DNA of 50,669 nucleotides from Gammaproteobacteria bacterium (GCA_045564035.1 JBJLIA010000039.1:1-50669); one strand, 5' to 3'; positions 18,032 through 32,848 are shown, counted from the first letter of the stretch. Notes: generated from the sequence alone by a model not told the origin. Translations and numbers: made by a program.

Positions 18032-19858
18032 ATGCCAACTCATCATAGCTGTTTTAAAAATCCATTTGAAGTAAAGCGCCAAGATGTTATTTGGAAAGAT
18101 AACCTACCTCACTCAAATACATATCAAGATAGATTTTTTCAAGATGATGCGGTCTCGGAAATTACAAATATTTTCATTGAGCCCAATCAACTGCTTGAAA
18201 GAATTAAAAATGGCTCTCAAATCCATGTCGGCGAGCTAGGCTTTGGGTTTGGTCTAAATTTTTTAGTCACTGCAAAATTTTGGTCTGAAAATAATAAAAA
18301 TTTAAATCCTCATAACCTCGAATACCTTGCTATTGATGAGGCATTACCGACTAAAGAACAGATTCTAAGAATCATTGATAATTTTCCTGAATTTGAAGAG
18401 ATCTGTAATATTTTCTTGAAGAGCTATGATGTTTCACATAATGATATTCAAAGAATTTATTTTCCCTCTTTAAGAATTCGACTAACGCTAATTCAAAATG
18501 ATATTGAATCGGGATTAAAGAATCTTCTAGGACTTAAGAATAATCAAATCGATGCTTGGTTTCTTGATGGATTTGATCCTAGTAAGAATAAATCCATGTG
18601 GAGGAATTCTGTTTTTCAATACATGAGTATCTTATCAAAAAGAAATGCAACTTTTGGAACCTTTACTTCAGCTGGTTTTGTGAAAAGAGGGTTAAAAAAA
18701 TTTGGGTTTGAGGTAGATAAGGTAAAAGGTTTTGGCAAAAAGCGTCATAAGCTTATTGGAAAAAAACCCTTAGATAATACACATGTCAGCAAAGAAAGAA
18801 TTCGAAAGAAGAAAATAGGCGTTATCGGAAGCGGAATAGCAGCTAGTTCCGTGGCTTATGCAGCCGCACAAAATGGAGCAGATGTAGAAATATTTGAGTC
18901 TGCTGCTGCTATTGCTGCTGGCGCTTCAGGGAATCCAGTCGCTGCAATGTATCCAAGATTTTCAACAAACGATTCACCCTATTCATTTTTAACCGCTCAA
19001 AGTTATTTTTTTTCTGAAAAAATATATGCCCAACTTCCGAATGCATACAAAAAAACTGGTCTTTTATTTTCACACTCAAATGCTTATCAAGAACAATGGA
19101 TTGAAGATATGAAGAATTTAAACCGCGAGGATCTTTTTGAAGCAATAGATAAGAAAAAAATGAAAAAATTATATGGCCTCGAGTCTCATGGATTATTAGT
19201 GAAAAAAGGCGGTTACCTATTTCCAAAATTAATTTGCAGGGAGATGATTGCCCGTCCAAATATAAAAATTTCTTACAATCATTGTTTTGACAATTGGGTT
19301 AAAGGCAAATCTAAGATAGAGCTTCAATTTACAAATCAAGAAAAAAAATCAGGCTTTGATGATTTAATTATTGCCAGTGGTCCCAGTTTGGAGAAATATT
19401 TATCAGGTCTGAGAATTTCAAAGGGTCAGCTGGTCGGTTTAGAGGGTGATCAACCATTTAATCTAGATCTTCCGATCAATTCAGCAGGATATATTTTACC
19501 TAAGCTAGATGAGATAACTTGGATTGGCTCTACGCATGAAAAAGAGTTTAAAAATATTGATGTCTGCTATGAAGCAGGACATGAACTCATTGAGAGAACG
19601 AATAAAAACTTTAACATCAATCTTTCAGGTTCAAAAAATATTCTTATGAAAGCTAATTTCAGAGTGGGAAGCAAAGATAGATTGCCTCTAGCTGGAAAAA
19701 TTGAAGAAAATATTTATGCCATTGGCGCTCTAGGTTCCAGAGGCTTCAGTTTAGCCCCTCTACTGGGAGAGCATGTTGCATCCCTTATCAATAACTCTCC
19801 AAGCCCGATATCATCTGGAATATCATTGGCTATAGAACCGCTTAGATTTAAAGATTAA
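18032..19858 (+). CDS. mnmC: Bifunctional tRNA mnm5s2U34 methyltransferase/FAD oxidoreductase
   Basis: ELGFGFGLNF, DAWFLDGFDPSKN, GFGKKR, IGSGIAA, GASGN, DRLPLAG, ALGSRG. Confidence 0.92.
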   Translation: MPTHHSCFKNPFEVKRQDVIWKDNLPHSNTYQDRFFQDDAVSEITNIFIEPNQLLERIKNGSQIHVGELGFGFGLNFLVTAKFWSENNKNLNPHNLEYLAIDEALPTKEQILRIIDNFPEFEEICNIFLKSYDVSHNDIQRIYFPSLRIRLTLIQNDIESGLKNLLGLKNNQIDAWFLDGFDPSKNKSMWRNSVFQYMSILSKRNATFGTFTSAGFVKRGLKKFGFEVDKVKGFGKKRHKLIGKKPLDNTHVSKERIRKKKIGVIGSGIAASSVAYAAAQNGADVEIFESAAAIAAGASGNPVAAMYPRFSTNDSPYSFLTAQSYFFSEKIYAQLPNAYKKTGLLFSHSNAYQEQWIEDMKNLNREDLFEAIDKKKMKKLYGLESHGLLVKKGGYLFPKLICREMIARPNIKISYNHCFDNWVKGKSKIELQFTNQEKKSGFDDLIIASGPSLEKYLSGLRISKGQLVGLEGDQPFNLDLPINSAGYILPKLDEITWIGSTHEKEFKNIDVCYEAGHELIERTNKNFNINLSGSKNILMKANFRVGSKDRLPLAGKIEENIYAIGALGSRGFSLAPLLGEHVASLINNSPSPISSGISLAIEPLRFKD

Positions 19859-20363
19859 CTAGCAGATTTTCCACCAACATCTCTGCGGAAGGTACATCAA
19901 TTGGGGCATAGCTTGAGCCTTTTCGCCATTTGGTTAGTCCAGTCCATAGTGTCTTGTCTGAGACATCATCTCTTACAGATATTCGTAAAAAAAACTCTGG
20001 AACAGAATTAATTCTATCTGGCTCATAACGATAGCTTCTGTACATTGGATAACCATAAAAACGAAAATCATCATATTTAATTTTTTCTTTTGTGGTGACG
20101 CTTAAGTCTATTGAAATGGCAGCATCCTTTGAAAATTGATGTCCTACTCCTTCCAGATATTCCTTTGCTGCATCACCAAGATTTTCAATTAAAATTGGAT
20201 CCATCTCAACTGGCAACAAGTCTTTATTCAATTGAATTTTAAAACCAGTTTCTTCTTCTAATTGGAAATTATCTCGACTGTTTAACTCTGTAAACGGTGT
20301 TGAGGTACACGCCACTAAAAAGGATATAGCGGTAAAAATTAAAAAGTTTGTTTTATGTGTCAT
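19848..20363 (-). CDS. Lipoprotein, DUF4136-like
   Basis: Lipobox LVAC after ATG 20363; LRISVRD...TLWTG pattern. Confidence 0.6.
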   Translation of the reverse strand: MTHKTNFLIFTAISFLVACTSTPFTELNSRDNFQLEEETGFKIQLNKDLLPVEMDPILIENLGDAAKEYLEGVGHQFSKDAAISIDLSVTTKEKIKYDDFRFYGYPMYRSYRYEPDRINSVPEFFLRISVRDDVSDKTLWTGLTKWRKGSSYAPIDVPSAEMLVENLLVNL

Positions 20364-20423
20364 AGGTAATAGTAATCTCTCAATAATATGACTAATATAA
20401 TGCATTTATTTAATTTATAAACC

Positions 20424-23267
20424 ATGTTTGAGCTAAAAGAATCTAAAAAAATTAAGTTGTTGGATGTAAATGCACAGGTTTACAAGCATTCAAAATTTAA
20501 TACTCAACACATTCATCTAGAAACAGACAATGATGAAAAGGTTTTTATGGTTGCCTTTCGTACCATTCCGGAAGATTCAACAGGTGTTGCCCACATCCTC
20601 GAACACACATCCTTGTGTGGGTCAAAGAAGTATCCAGTGCGAGATCCATTTTTTATGATGATTAGGCGATCACTAAACTCATTTATGAATGCATTTACAT
20701 CTAGCGACTGGACCGCCTATCCTTTTGCAACTCAAAATAATAAAGATTTTAATAATTTATTAGATGTTTATGTTGATTCAGCCTTCTTTCCAAGATTGGA
20801 TCCACTTGATTTTTCTCAAGAAGGTCATCGACTAGAAATTGATAGTGAAGATAAATTAGAAATTAAAGGGGTTGTATTTAATGAAATGAAGGGAGCGATG
20901 AGCTCCCCAACTGATCAGCTGTGGCATGGAATGTCCAAATATCTTTTTGAAGAAACCACATATCATCATAATAGCGGCGGTGATCCTGAAAAAATTATTG
21001 ATTTAACGCATGCTGATTTAGTTGCCTTTCATCAAAAACACTATCACCCCAGCAACGCAACTTTTTTTACCTTTGGCAATGTTTCAATAGATGAAGTTCA
21101 CAATCATCTAGAAGAAAATGTTTTCAAAAAATTTACCCCTGCCTCAGAGCAACTCACAATCAAGCCAGCAAAAATATTTTCAAGTCCAGTGCAGGCCAGT
21201 GGGACTTACCAACCACTTCCAGGTGACGAATCCAACCATCATGTTGTTATCAGTTGGTTGCTTGGTGATAGTCATGATCCACTCAATTTATTGGAAAAAT
21301 ATTTTCTATCAAATATTTTGCTTGATAATTCTGCATCACCTCTTAGGAAAGCTTTAGAACTTTCAAAAATAGGAAAATCTCCTTCTCCATTCTTAGGAAT
21401 TGAGCCTAGCAATAAAGAGATTGTATTTATGGCTGGCTTAGAAGGAGTCGAAAAAAATAGAGCTGGTGAGGTTGAAGAATTGATTCTTACCACGCTTGAA
21501 AAACTGGTTGTCGATGGAGTGCCAGAAGACTTAATCAATTCATCCCTGCATCAATTAGAGATTGGGCAAAGGGAAGTATCTGGCGGAGGCATGCCTTATG
21601 GATTGCAATTAATGCTTGGATGTATGAATGCCTGCATTCATCATGATGATCCTATTTCAATGTTAGATTTAGATGCAAACTTTACAAAACTCAAAACTTT
21701 AATATCCAAAAAAGGCTACTTAGAAGAATTGATATCAACCAGCTTAATAAAGAATCAACATAGACTTAACTATGAATTGAAGCCAGATCCCAAATTTAAT
21801 GAGAATTTAGAAAATTTCTTCACTTCAACACTTAAAACTAAAGAAAAGACTTTAACTGATAAAGATAAGGTTGAAATTAATGACCTTGCCAGAGCATTGC
21901 AAGCTCGTCAGGAGGCTGTTGATGATGTTGAAATTCTGCCTAAAGTTACTAAACAAGACATACCGTTAAAGCGTGACTATACCAATGTCTCCTTTCTTAA
22001 AAACAATAGATCAGTTTACGAGGTTGGCACTAATGGCCTGACGTACTCTGACTTTTTATTTCCCTGTAAAAATCTTACATCTCAAGAATTATCTTTCTCG
22101 TCCTTATACACGTTTATTCTTACTGAGGTAGGCCTTCAGGAGAGTTCCTATGAAGAAATCCAAGCTCTTCAATCAAGCATTACTGGAGGTATTAATGCTT
22201 CCTTCAAGCTTCACACCAATGGTCAAAACTTACCAGGCAAACTTTTCCTGAGTATTTCTGCTAAATCTCTAGAAAATAATTTCAATGCAATGGAAAAACT
22301 CATATTTAATACTTTAGAAAATGCTAGGTTCGATGAAAAAAATAGGATATTAGATTTATTTAATATTTTTATTGCTCGAAATGAAGAATCATTGAATCAA
22401 AATGGTCATATTTTAGCTATGAATTCAGCCGCTAGTAGCTTAAATACATTCTCAGCGACAGCATTTCAAATGTCTGGACTGCAGATGCTCAATCAGTCCA
22501 AAGCAGCTATTTCAAAAATGAAAGAAGTTGCCGATACCCTTGAGTTAATTAATATCTTAAAAAGCATTCATTCAAAAGTTTTGCATGATCCATTCAAGAT
22601 TTTTACGGCATGTTCTCCGAAAGCTCTCAAAGATCAATCTGAGGAATTTGAAAATATTTATTATGAAGCTGAGCAATCTCTGACAATGCCAATAAATGAG
22701 CAAATAGGATGGATCACAGGATCGCAAGTATGCTATTGCGCTGAAGCATTTCAAGGCGTGCCAAGAGAGCATCCTGACGCGCCTGCCCTTTCTGTTTTGG
22801 CAACTGTCTTAAGGAATGGCTTCCTGCATACAGCAATTCGTGAAAAAGGAGGTGCATATGGGGCAGGTGCTACAAATGATACTTCAACCAATACCTTTAA
22901 ATTCTTTTCTTACAGAGATCCAAAGTGCACGCACAGAACCTTTGTTGCATTTAAAGATGCTATCGAATGGTCAAAAACATCAATTACTGATCAACATCTT
23001 GAAGAAGCAATCCTGGGAGTTGTATCGTCTATTGATAAGCCTCTTTCGCCTGTTGGTGAAGCAAAAAATGATTTTAATTTCAATCTAGAGGATATCTCAA
23101 TCAAAGAACGACTTGAAATGAGACAACGAGTTATCAATTGCTCAATTGAAGATTTGACGAGGGTGTGTGAAAAATATCTTACTCAGGATTCTAAAAAATC
23201 AATTCTTGCTGGAGAGGCCTATAGAGAAGAGGCATCTTCACTAGGCTTAAGTTTGAGAGATGTATAG
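20424..23267 (+). CDS. Insulinase family (M16C, presequence protease-like) metallopeptidase
   Basis: HILEH inverted zinc motif, NAFT, GVVFNEMKG, IREKGGAYG, SYRDP. Confidence 0.92.
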   Translation: MFELKESKKIKLLDVNAQVYKHSKFNTQHIHLETDNDEKVFMVAFRTIPEDSTGVAHILEHTSLCGSKKYPVRDPFFMMIRRSLNSFMNAFTSSDWTAYPFATQNNKDFNNLLDVYVDSAFFPRLDPLDFSQEGHRLEIDSEDKLEIKGVVFNEMKGAMSSPTDQLWHGMSKYLFEETTYHHNSGGDPEKIIDLTHADLVAFHQKHYHPSNATFFTFGNVSIDEVHNHLEENVFKKFTPASEQLTIKPAKIFSSPVQASGTYQPLPGDESNHHVVISWLLGDSHDPLNLLEKYFLSNILLDNSASPLRKALELSKIGKSPSPFLGIEPSNKEIVFMAGLEGVEKNRAGEVEELILTTLEKLVVDGVPEDLINSSLHQLEIGQREVSGGGMPYGLQLMLGCMNACIHHDDPISMLDLDANFTKLKTLISKKGYLEELISTSLIKNQHRLNYELKPDPKFNENLENFFTSTLKTKEKTLTDKDKVEINDLARALQARQEAVDDVEILPKVTKQDIPLKRDYTNVSFLKNNRSVYEVGTNGLTYSDFLFPCKNLTSQELSFSSLYTFILTEVGLQESSYEEIQALQSSITGGINASFKLHTNGQNLPGKLFLSISAKSLENNFNAMEKLIFNTLENARFDEKNRILDLFNIFIARNEESLNQNGHILAMNSAASSLNTFSATAFQMSGLQMLNQSKAAISKMKEVADTLELINILKSIHSKVLHDPFKIFTACSPKALKDQSEEFENIYYEAEQSLTMPINEQIGWITGSQVCYCAEAFQGVPREHPDAPALSVLATVLRNGFLHTAIREKGGAYGAGATNDTSTNTFKFFSYRDPKCTHRTFVAFKDAIEWSKTSITDQHLEEAILGVVSSIDKPLSPVGEAKNDFNFNLEDISIKERLEMRQRVINCSIEDLTRVCEKYLTQDSKKSILAGEAYREEASSLGLSLRDV

Positions 23268-23269
23268 TT

Positions 23270-26623
<3,354 letters not shown>

Positions 26624-26624
26624 C

Positions 26625-28826
26625 CTATGAAGCGGCTAACTTAAGCGCTTCTTTCACATCAACAGATACCACACGAGAAACTCCTGCCTCCTGCATGGTG
26701 ACTCCCATCAAATGATCGCTTTTCTCCATGGAGATTTTATTATGAGTAATAAATATAAACTGGACTCTATCCGACATCTCTTCAACCATTGCTACAAACC
26801 TCGTGGCATTTATATCATCTAAAGGCGCGTCAACTTCATCCAACATACAAAATGGAGCTGGGTTTAGTTCAAATAATGCAAACACCAATGAAAGCGCAGT
26901 CATGGCTTTTTCTCCCTCCAGAAAGTTGAGAAATAGTTGCATTTTTTTTACCAGGAGGTTGAGCGGTGAGCGTAATTCCTGAATCAAAAGAATCGCCATC
27001 CATTAAATGCAAAGCAGCTTTGCCTCCACCAAATAGTTTCGGAAAAATCTCCTGTATTTTTGAATTTACAGCATTAAAACTCTCGTCAAACTTCATCTTA
27101 GATTCTGCATCTATTTTTTTAATAGCGCTTTGAAGCTTGTCCAAAGCTTCATTTAAATCCTCCAGCTGAGAATCGAGTTCATCGATGCGTTTTGATTCTT
27201 CAGCAATTTCATCCGGAGCAGCTAAATTAATGGCTCCTAATGAAATAATAGAGGACTGAGTTGAGGCTAACGACGACTCTAGATCCAAAAGATCGATGGC
27301 TTCATAATCTCCAGGGTGAAGGTCCGAAATTGAGATTCCAGCTTTTTTTAGTGTCTCTGAGGCATTATCCAGGTTAACTTCAAACGTCCTGAGATCAAGC
27401 TTTAAATCATTGAGTTTTTCTTCCAACGCGCGAAGATCTAAAGCAGCGACAGATTTTTTGTTCTCAACATCTTGAATCGACGCATCTACAACAGATTGTT
27501 TTTGGCGAATTGAGTTTAATTCTGATTCTGCAGTAGAGCTTTTTTCGACCAGGGCCGCCAAGTCATTTTCTGCCTTCAACTTATTTTCCTTTGCTTGACC
27601 TAGTTGTTCTGAAATTTCATTCTGTCTGAGCAAATATTCGTTTGTTATATTTTTAGATTGTGCTGAGGGGTAATCTGCAGAATACTGATTAATAAGTCTT
27701 TAAGCTCAGCCGCTTTGCTGCGAATACTTTCTGCGCTGGGACCAAAATCTTTGAGGCCCTCTGAAATAGCATCTAGCAATTTCATTGCTTTTTCTTTTGG
27801 GCTTAGATTTTCTATGCTGGATTCATTGTTTAAAGCTTCTGCATATCGCTCTTTTGCTCTGGTTAAACCCTCTTCATAACCAAGTATTGCCTTATTCATG
27901 TTTTGAAGGTTAGTTTCATGTCTAGCTATTTCTGAACCAATGGTGTAAAAATTCTTTTGGGCAACTTCAAATGCAGACAATACAGAAGCATGCTCCGTCT
28001 TAATTTGATCAATCGATGCTTGATGAGTGTTCACTTCTGCAGATTTAACATTAACCTGATTGCTGAGCTGAGATATTTTTGAACTTAAAGAATCTTTTTT
28101 CGCTTTCGCGCTTAAAGTATTTAAAATTGAAATTTTTAATTTGAGATCTTTTTCTTCAATTTGAAGTTTTTTATACTTTTCTGCAGCTTTGGCCTGGTTT
28201 TGCAAGCGATTAATTAATCTTTGAATTTCGTCCCTAATATCTTTGACTCTCGCCAGATTTTCTTTAGTTTTTTTAATTCTTTGCTCTGTTTCTTTTCTTC
28301 TTTCTTTGTATTTAGAAATTCCCGCTGCTTCTTCAATGAAGACTCTCATGTCCTCTGGTTTGGCGCTTACTATTTTTGATACCATGCCCTGCTCAATAAT
28401 GGCGTAACTTCTTGGTCCAAGACCTGTACCAAGAAAAATATCTTGAACATCTTTTCGCCTGCATCGAGTGTTATTCATAGAATAATGAGACTGACCGTCT
28501 CTAGTCATCATTCTTTTTATTGAGATTTCATTATATTTAGCGTATTCACCGCCTAGTTTGCCCATTGAATTATCGAATAAAAGTTCAATGCTGCATTGGC
28601 CAGATGGCTTTCTTAAATCCGAACCATTAAAAATAACATCAGACATGGATTCACCACGTAAGTTCTTTGCAGATAGCTCCCCGAGAACCCATCGAACGGC
28701 ATCAATAACATTAGATTTACCGCATCCATTAGGACCAACTACAGCCACCATATTTGTAGGGAAAGATATCCTCGTGGGATCCACGAAACTCTTGAATCCA
28801 GCCAGTTTGATGTGTTTAAGCTGCAT
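26625..28826 (-). CDS. smc: Chromosome segregation protein SMC, short form (~733 aa when joined across two compensating frameshifts near 27668 and 26915)
   Basis: GFKSF, Walker [11 protein letters not shown]-loop IIEQG, FIEEAAG; C-terminal [18 protein letters not shown]|[25 protein letters not shown]. Confidence 0.88.
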
Positions 28827-28852
28827 TAAATATATCCTTTACTTATTTTAAA

Positions 28853-29641
28853 CTATTGTTCCTTTTTTAACCATTCGTTGGCATAAAAAAATAATTCATC
28901 TTGATTGTCTTTTGAATACTTTAAATCAAGAGATTTGAATGCTTGAAAAGCTGAATTACTACAGTTAGCTTGAGCTTCAATCTTGATCATTTCTTGCTGC
29001 AAAAAAGCTGAAGTAATATCAAACCCTCTCACCAAAGAATTTGATTTATCTAATCTATAAAGCTTATTAATATCTGGGGACATGATTTCTCTGGCAGCTA
29101 TATTTACATCAGGCCCACCAGGAATAGATACAAAAAATTGCAACGACTGCAAATTACAATTTGGAGGATCTTCTATACTTACAAGAAGTGATGAGTCTGC
29201 AAGATCTGGATACTTTTCATCTCTCAAGTCAGCCAAAAGATTGAAGATTGGAACTTGAAAAGTCTCTGAAACAAACCTAGAATTCAACGTCTTAAGCATG
29301 CTCTCTGCAGAGTTGAATGAGCGAACTTCTAAAGCTTTGTAAAAAACTTCTACTCCCAGCAAAAAAGACTCATCTTCTGATGATGTATTTTTTAAATACT
29401 GCTGAATTAAATAGCTATCAAACTCTTTATTTCGAGAGATAGCTTTGTAAATAGATTCTGATTGTGCAACTTGAGCCCATGAGCCTATCAACGCATTGGA
29501 AGAAACGAAATTAAAAATAAATCCTCCAAAAATTAAGAATGTAATCAAAAACACAATAGATTTTTGATTTGACAGTGGCTGGAGTAGATAAGAAATTACA
29601 GGTAACAATAAAATTATTGAAACAGCAATGATAATTAACAT
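28853..29641 (-). CDS. Divergent CcmI/CycH-like cytochrome c maturation protein
   Basis: Two N-terminal TMs, helical middle, C-terminal FFVSIPGGP...RLDKSNSLV pattern resembling the CycH C-terminal domain; TAATG overlap with ccmH. Confidence 0.55.
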   Translation of the reverse strand: MLIIIAVSIILLLPVISYLLQPLSNQKSIVFLITFLIFGGFIFNFVSSNALIGSWAQVAQSESIYKAISRNKEFDSYLIQQYLKNTSSEDESFLLGVEVFYKALEVRSFNSAESMLKTLNSRFVSETFQVPIFNLLADLRDEKYPDLADSSLLVSIEDPPNCNLQSLQFFVSIPGGPDVNIAAREIMSPDINKLYRLDKSNSLVRGFDITSAFLQQEMIKIEAQANCSNSAFQAFKSLDLKYSKDNQDELFFYANEWLKKEQ

Positions 29642-30024
29642 TAAACCCTGCGCTTTATTAAAAATATTGCCAACATTAAGGCAAGAAAAATAAATGGCCC
29701 AAACCATAAAAGATAATTAGAACCTTCAAGTGCCGGCCTATAGTTTGAAAAGTTACCAAATCTTTCTGAGACATATTGTTTGATTTCTGCATCACTTGAG
29801 CCGGAAAGAACTAATTGATAAACCTTATTTTTTAAATCTCGAGAAACTGGTACATCAGAGCTAGCAATACTTCCGCTAGTACATTTAGGACACCTGATCT
29901 CTGAAATCAATGAGTAGAATCTTTTCTCCTGCAGAGAATCCTCAAATTCATAGACCATCTGATTAAAAGCAGAAGTAGATAGAAGAAGAAAAGAAAGCAA
30001 TATGAAACATCTTTTAAGCATCAT
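29641..30024 (-). CDS. ccmH: Cytochrome c biogenesis protein CcmH
   Basis: IRCPKC motif, ERFGNF, LLWFGP TM. Confidence 0.88.
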   Translation of the reverse strand: MMLKRCFILLSFLLLSTSAFNQMVYEFEDSLQEKRFYSLISEIRCPKCTSGSIASSDVPVSRDLKNKVYQLVLSGSSDAEIKQYVSERFGNFSNYRPALEGSNYLLWFGPFIFLALMLAIFLIKRRV

Positions 30025-30543
30025 GATCCTTGCTTAGCTTTATTGATTAAGGGAAGAAAAACCGTTTCCCATTTTGTTTGATTGATTTCGCCCTGAATAT
30101 GTCCTACAACTTTATTATCCACAAGTAGATATGACTCAGGCGCGCCAGTAACTCCAAGATCAAAAGCTAAGTCACCCCTGGGGTCAAATATAGAAAACAA
30201 GTAAGGATTACCATGTCTTTGAAGCCAAGCATTTGCCTTTAAATCAGAGTCTTTATAATTTAAACCGATGATTTGAATATTTTTCTCTGCTAGTTTAGTT
30301 AAAAAAGGATGTTCAACTAGACAGGTAATACACCAACTTGCCCATACATTAACAAGCTTGATTCCATTTAAAGACCGAGCATTAACTGGATCCCCATTTA
30401 AATCATTCAATTCAAATGATGGAAATTTTTTTGATTCAAAATTAGAGAATTTCATATCCTCATCCACTAGAAGCACCTTGGCAAAAAAAAGCTAGAACAA
30501 GGATTGGAAGAATTACTATTAAAAACCTTAGTGACTGATTCAT
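30021..30543 (-). CDS. ccmG: Thiol:disulfide interchange protein CcmG/DsbE (apparent frameshift in T8 run near 30485)
   Basis: NVWASWCITC, GLNYKD, GVTGAPES; N-terminal TM MNQSLRFLIVILPILVLAFF from ATG 30543 is in another frame. Confidence 0.85.
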
Positions 30544-32438
30544 GATGCCTTCTTCTTAAAAATTGTTAGTAACATTCCAAGTACCATTAAAGTTGCTGAG
30601 AACCAAATCCACTTAATAAAATAATTAATTCTTAACGAAAAAGTCCAGCTCCCATTTTCTAACTGATCACCAATTGTTAAATACGTATCTTTAAGAACAG
30701 ATGCATGGATTGCTGATTCAGATGTAATCTGGCCTCTAGTGGCATATTTTCTTTTTTGAGGATTTAATGCAATTTCTCTTCCATCCTGTAACAATGAAAC
30801 CTGAGCAGAAATTACGTCATGATTTGAAGCTTGAAATACTTGAATATCGTTAAAAGAAAACTCTCGCACTGATTCGTTTACTGAAATAGATTGGCCGGGT
30901 GCAAGATTTAAATTCTTTTCATAGCTAAGAATGCTATTCATAGATACTGCAAAAAATAATAAGCCCAAGCCGATATGCGCAATTGCACTTCCTTTGTTAA
31001 TAAATTTTTTGTTAAAAACATTACCTATAGTCCTCAATAGATAGCTAAAAAGAATCAATAAGCCAGAAAAAATTCCTATGTATGCAAGAATAGAAAAAAT
31101 ATTTGTAGCATGCCATATAAGGTATAAAGACAGCAGAGACAGCATTGTTGGAGCAGACGTGGTAACAAATAATGCTCGCAAGGGCATCGAGCGCTGCCAC
31201 AAAGCATTGACTGAAATCATAATAAACACAGCAGCTATAAGAATTAATGGAGCAAAAATTGTATTGTAATATGGAGGACCAATGCTAACTTTCTCTCCAC
31301 TTATAGATTCAATAATTAAGGGGTAAGTTACTCCAAGAAAAATAGAAAAAATGCTAGTAATCATTAGTATATTGTTCATTGAAAGAAATGATTCCTTGGA
31401 GCCTGTAACAACCAGCTTTGAAGAATTTAATGCAGGGAGTCGATATGCAAAAATTGTCAATGCAAGCAATGTAATTGATCCTGAAAAACCCAGAAGATAA
31501 AGCCCTCTTTCAGGATCATTAGCAAATGAATGGACGCTATCAATAATGCCAGATCTTACAATAAATGCTCCAAAGAGGCTTAATGCAAAAATTAAGATGC
31601 CCAAAAACATGGTCCATGTTTTTAGAACATTTGATTTTGAAGATGCGAATAGTGAATGCATAAATGCTGTTGCAGCAAGCCATGGCATCAAAGCAACATT
31701 TTCTACAGGATCCCAAAACCAATAACCGCCCCAGCCCAATTCATAATAAGCCCACCAACTTCCTAGAGCAATGCCGATGGTAAGGAAAATCCAAGCAACG
31801 AAAGACCAACTTTTTATATCTTGCTCCCATTGCAATTCAAAATTACCATTCAGCAAATATGCTGTAATAAAGCTAAACGAAATTACAAACCCCACATATC
31901 CCAAATAGAGCATGGGAGGATGAATCGCCAAAGCGGGATCTTGTAAAACTGGATTGATATCTGCTCCCTCAAGGACTCCAAATGGCAAAATTCTTTCAAA
32001 AGGATTGGAGGTTAAAAGCAAAAATAGTAAGAAACCTAAAATAATTAGGCTTAACATCAACATTGTTAATTTTTTTAAAGGATGATTTTTATCAAGCGAA
32101 TTTATAAATAGAATGCTCCAAGCTGTTAAAAATACTATCCACAGAAACATGGAGCCTTCGTGCGCACTCCATATTGAAGTTACCTTATAAAAAATAGGCA
32201 ATTGAGAGTTAGAATGACTAGCTATGTATGCTATTGAAAAATCATCACTTATAGCGAGATAGACATACATACCAAACGAAAGAAAGACCAACCAACAGGA
32301 TTGATTAAATAGTCTCATTGAGAGAGTTAATTGATTTGGATGAATTTTATTAAAAAAGAAAAAAAGATTAAAAATTAATACAAGGCTTAACAATAAAACA
32401 GCTGCAAGGGAAAAAAAATGTGCAATCTCACCAATCAT
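30540..32438 (-). CDS. ccmF: Heme lyase CcmF
   Basis: HEGS, IHPPMLYLGY, WAYYELGWGGYWFWDPVEN, SVHSF. Confidence 0.96.
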   Translation of the reverse strand: MIGEIAHFFSLAAVLLLSLVLIFNLFFFFNKIHPNQLTLSMRLFNQSCWLVFLSFGMYVYLAISDDFSIAYIASHSNSQLPIFYKVTSIWSAHEGSMFLWIVFLTAWSILFINSLDKNHPLKKLTMLMLSLIILGFLLFLLLTSNPFERILPFGVLEGADINPVLQDPALAIHPPMLYLGYVGFVISFSFITAYLLNGNFELQWEQDIKSWSFVAWIFLTIGIALGSWWAYYELGWGGYWFWDPVENVALMPWLAATAFMHSLFASSKSNVLKTWTMFLGILIFALSLFGAFIVRSGIIDSVHSFANDPERGLYLLGFSGSITLLALTIFAYRLPALNSSKLVVTGSKESFLSMNNILMITSIFSIFLGVTYPLIIESISGEKVSIGPPYYNTIFAPLILIAAVFIMISVNALWQRSMPLRALFVTTSAPTMLSLLSLYLIWHATNIFSILAYIGIFSGLLILFSYLLRTIGNVFNKKFINKGSAIAHIGLGLLFFAVSMNSILSYEKNLNLAPGQSISVNESVREFSFNDIQVFQASNHDVISAQVSLLQDGREIALNPQKRKYATRGQITSESAIHASVLKDTYLTIGDQLENGSWTFSLRINYFIKWIWFSATLMVLGMLLTIFKKKAS

Positions 32439-32848
32439 ACTTTGGCTTTGTCTATGGCTAGTTCCGGAGGCATATAATTCTCATCATGTTTAGCAAAAAT
32501 TTCTTCTGCTTCAAACATACCATTTAAAAAATACCCAAGGATAACGACCCCACTATCTTCTTTAAATAAATCAGGCGGAACTCCCTCAAAGGTTACTGGA
32601 ACCTCTTTTATAAAATCAGTCACCAGGAATCTAATAATTGTTCCATCTCTTTTAATTGAACCATTCTTTACCATTCCGCCCAACTTAATTCTGTATTCAG
32701 ATTTAATATCTGCCTGCAACATTTCAGATGGAGTATAAAAGAGATCTAGTTTCGAGTTTAACGAAAAAAGAATTAATGAGATTCCTCCTGCTGACAAAAA
32801 AAGAATGATAATTAATTTCCAGAGACGATTTTTTCTAGCTTGAAGCAT
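32435..32848 (-). CDS. ccmE: Heme chaperone CcmE
   Basis: FYTPSE, LGGMV, PDLFKE, AKHDENYMP. Confidence 0.95.
   Translation of the reverse strand: MLQARKNRLWKLIIILFLSAGGISLILFSLNSKLDLFYTPSEMLQADIKSEYRIKLGGMVKNGSIKRDGTIIRFLVTDFIKEVPVTFEGVPPDLFKEDSGVVILGYFLNGMFEAEEIFAKHDENYMPPELAIDKAKV

Noticed and set aside
22920-22945. Odd KCTHRTF segment with GCAC duplication in the M16 peptidase
   Set aside because: Frame is preserved; may be compensating read errors or ordinary divergence
26625-28826. Three separate SMC-fragment genes or a true pseudogene
   Set aside because: Fragments join seamlessly with single-base corrections, one inside the invariant LSGGEK motif; similar indels occur in ccmA and ccmG, pointing to sequence error
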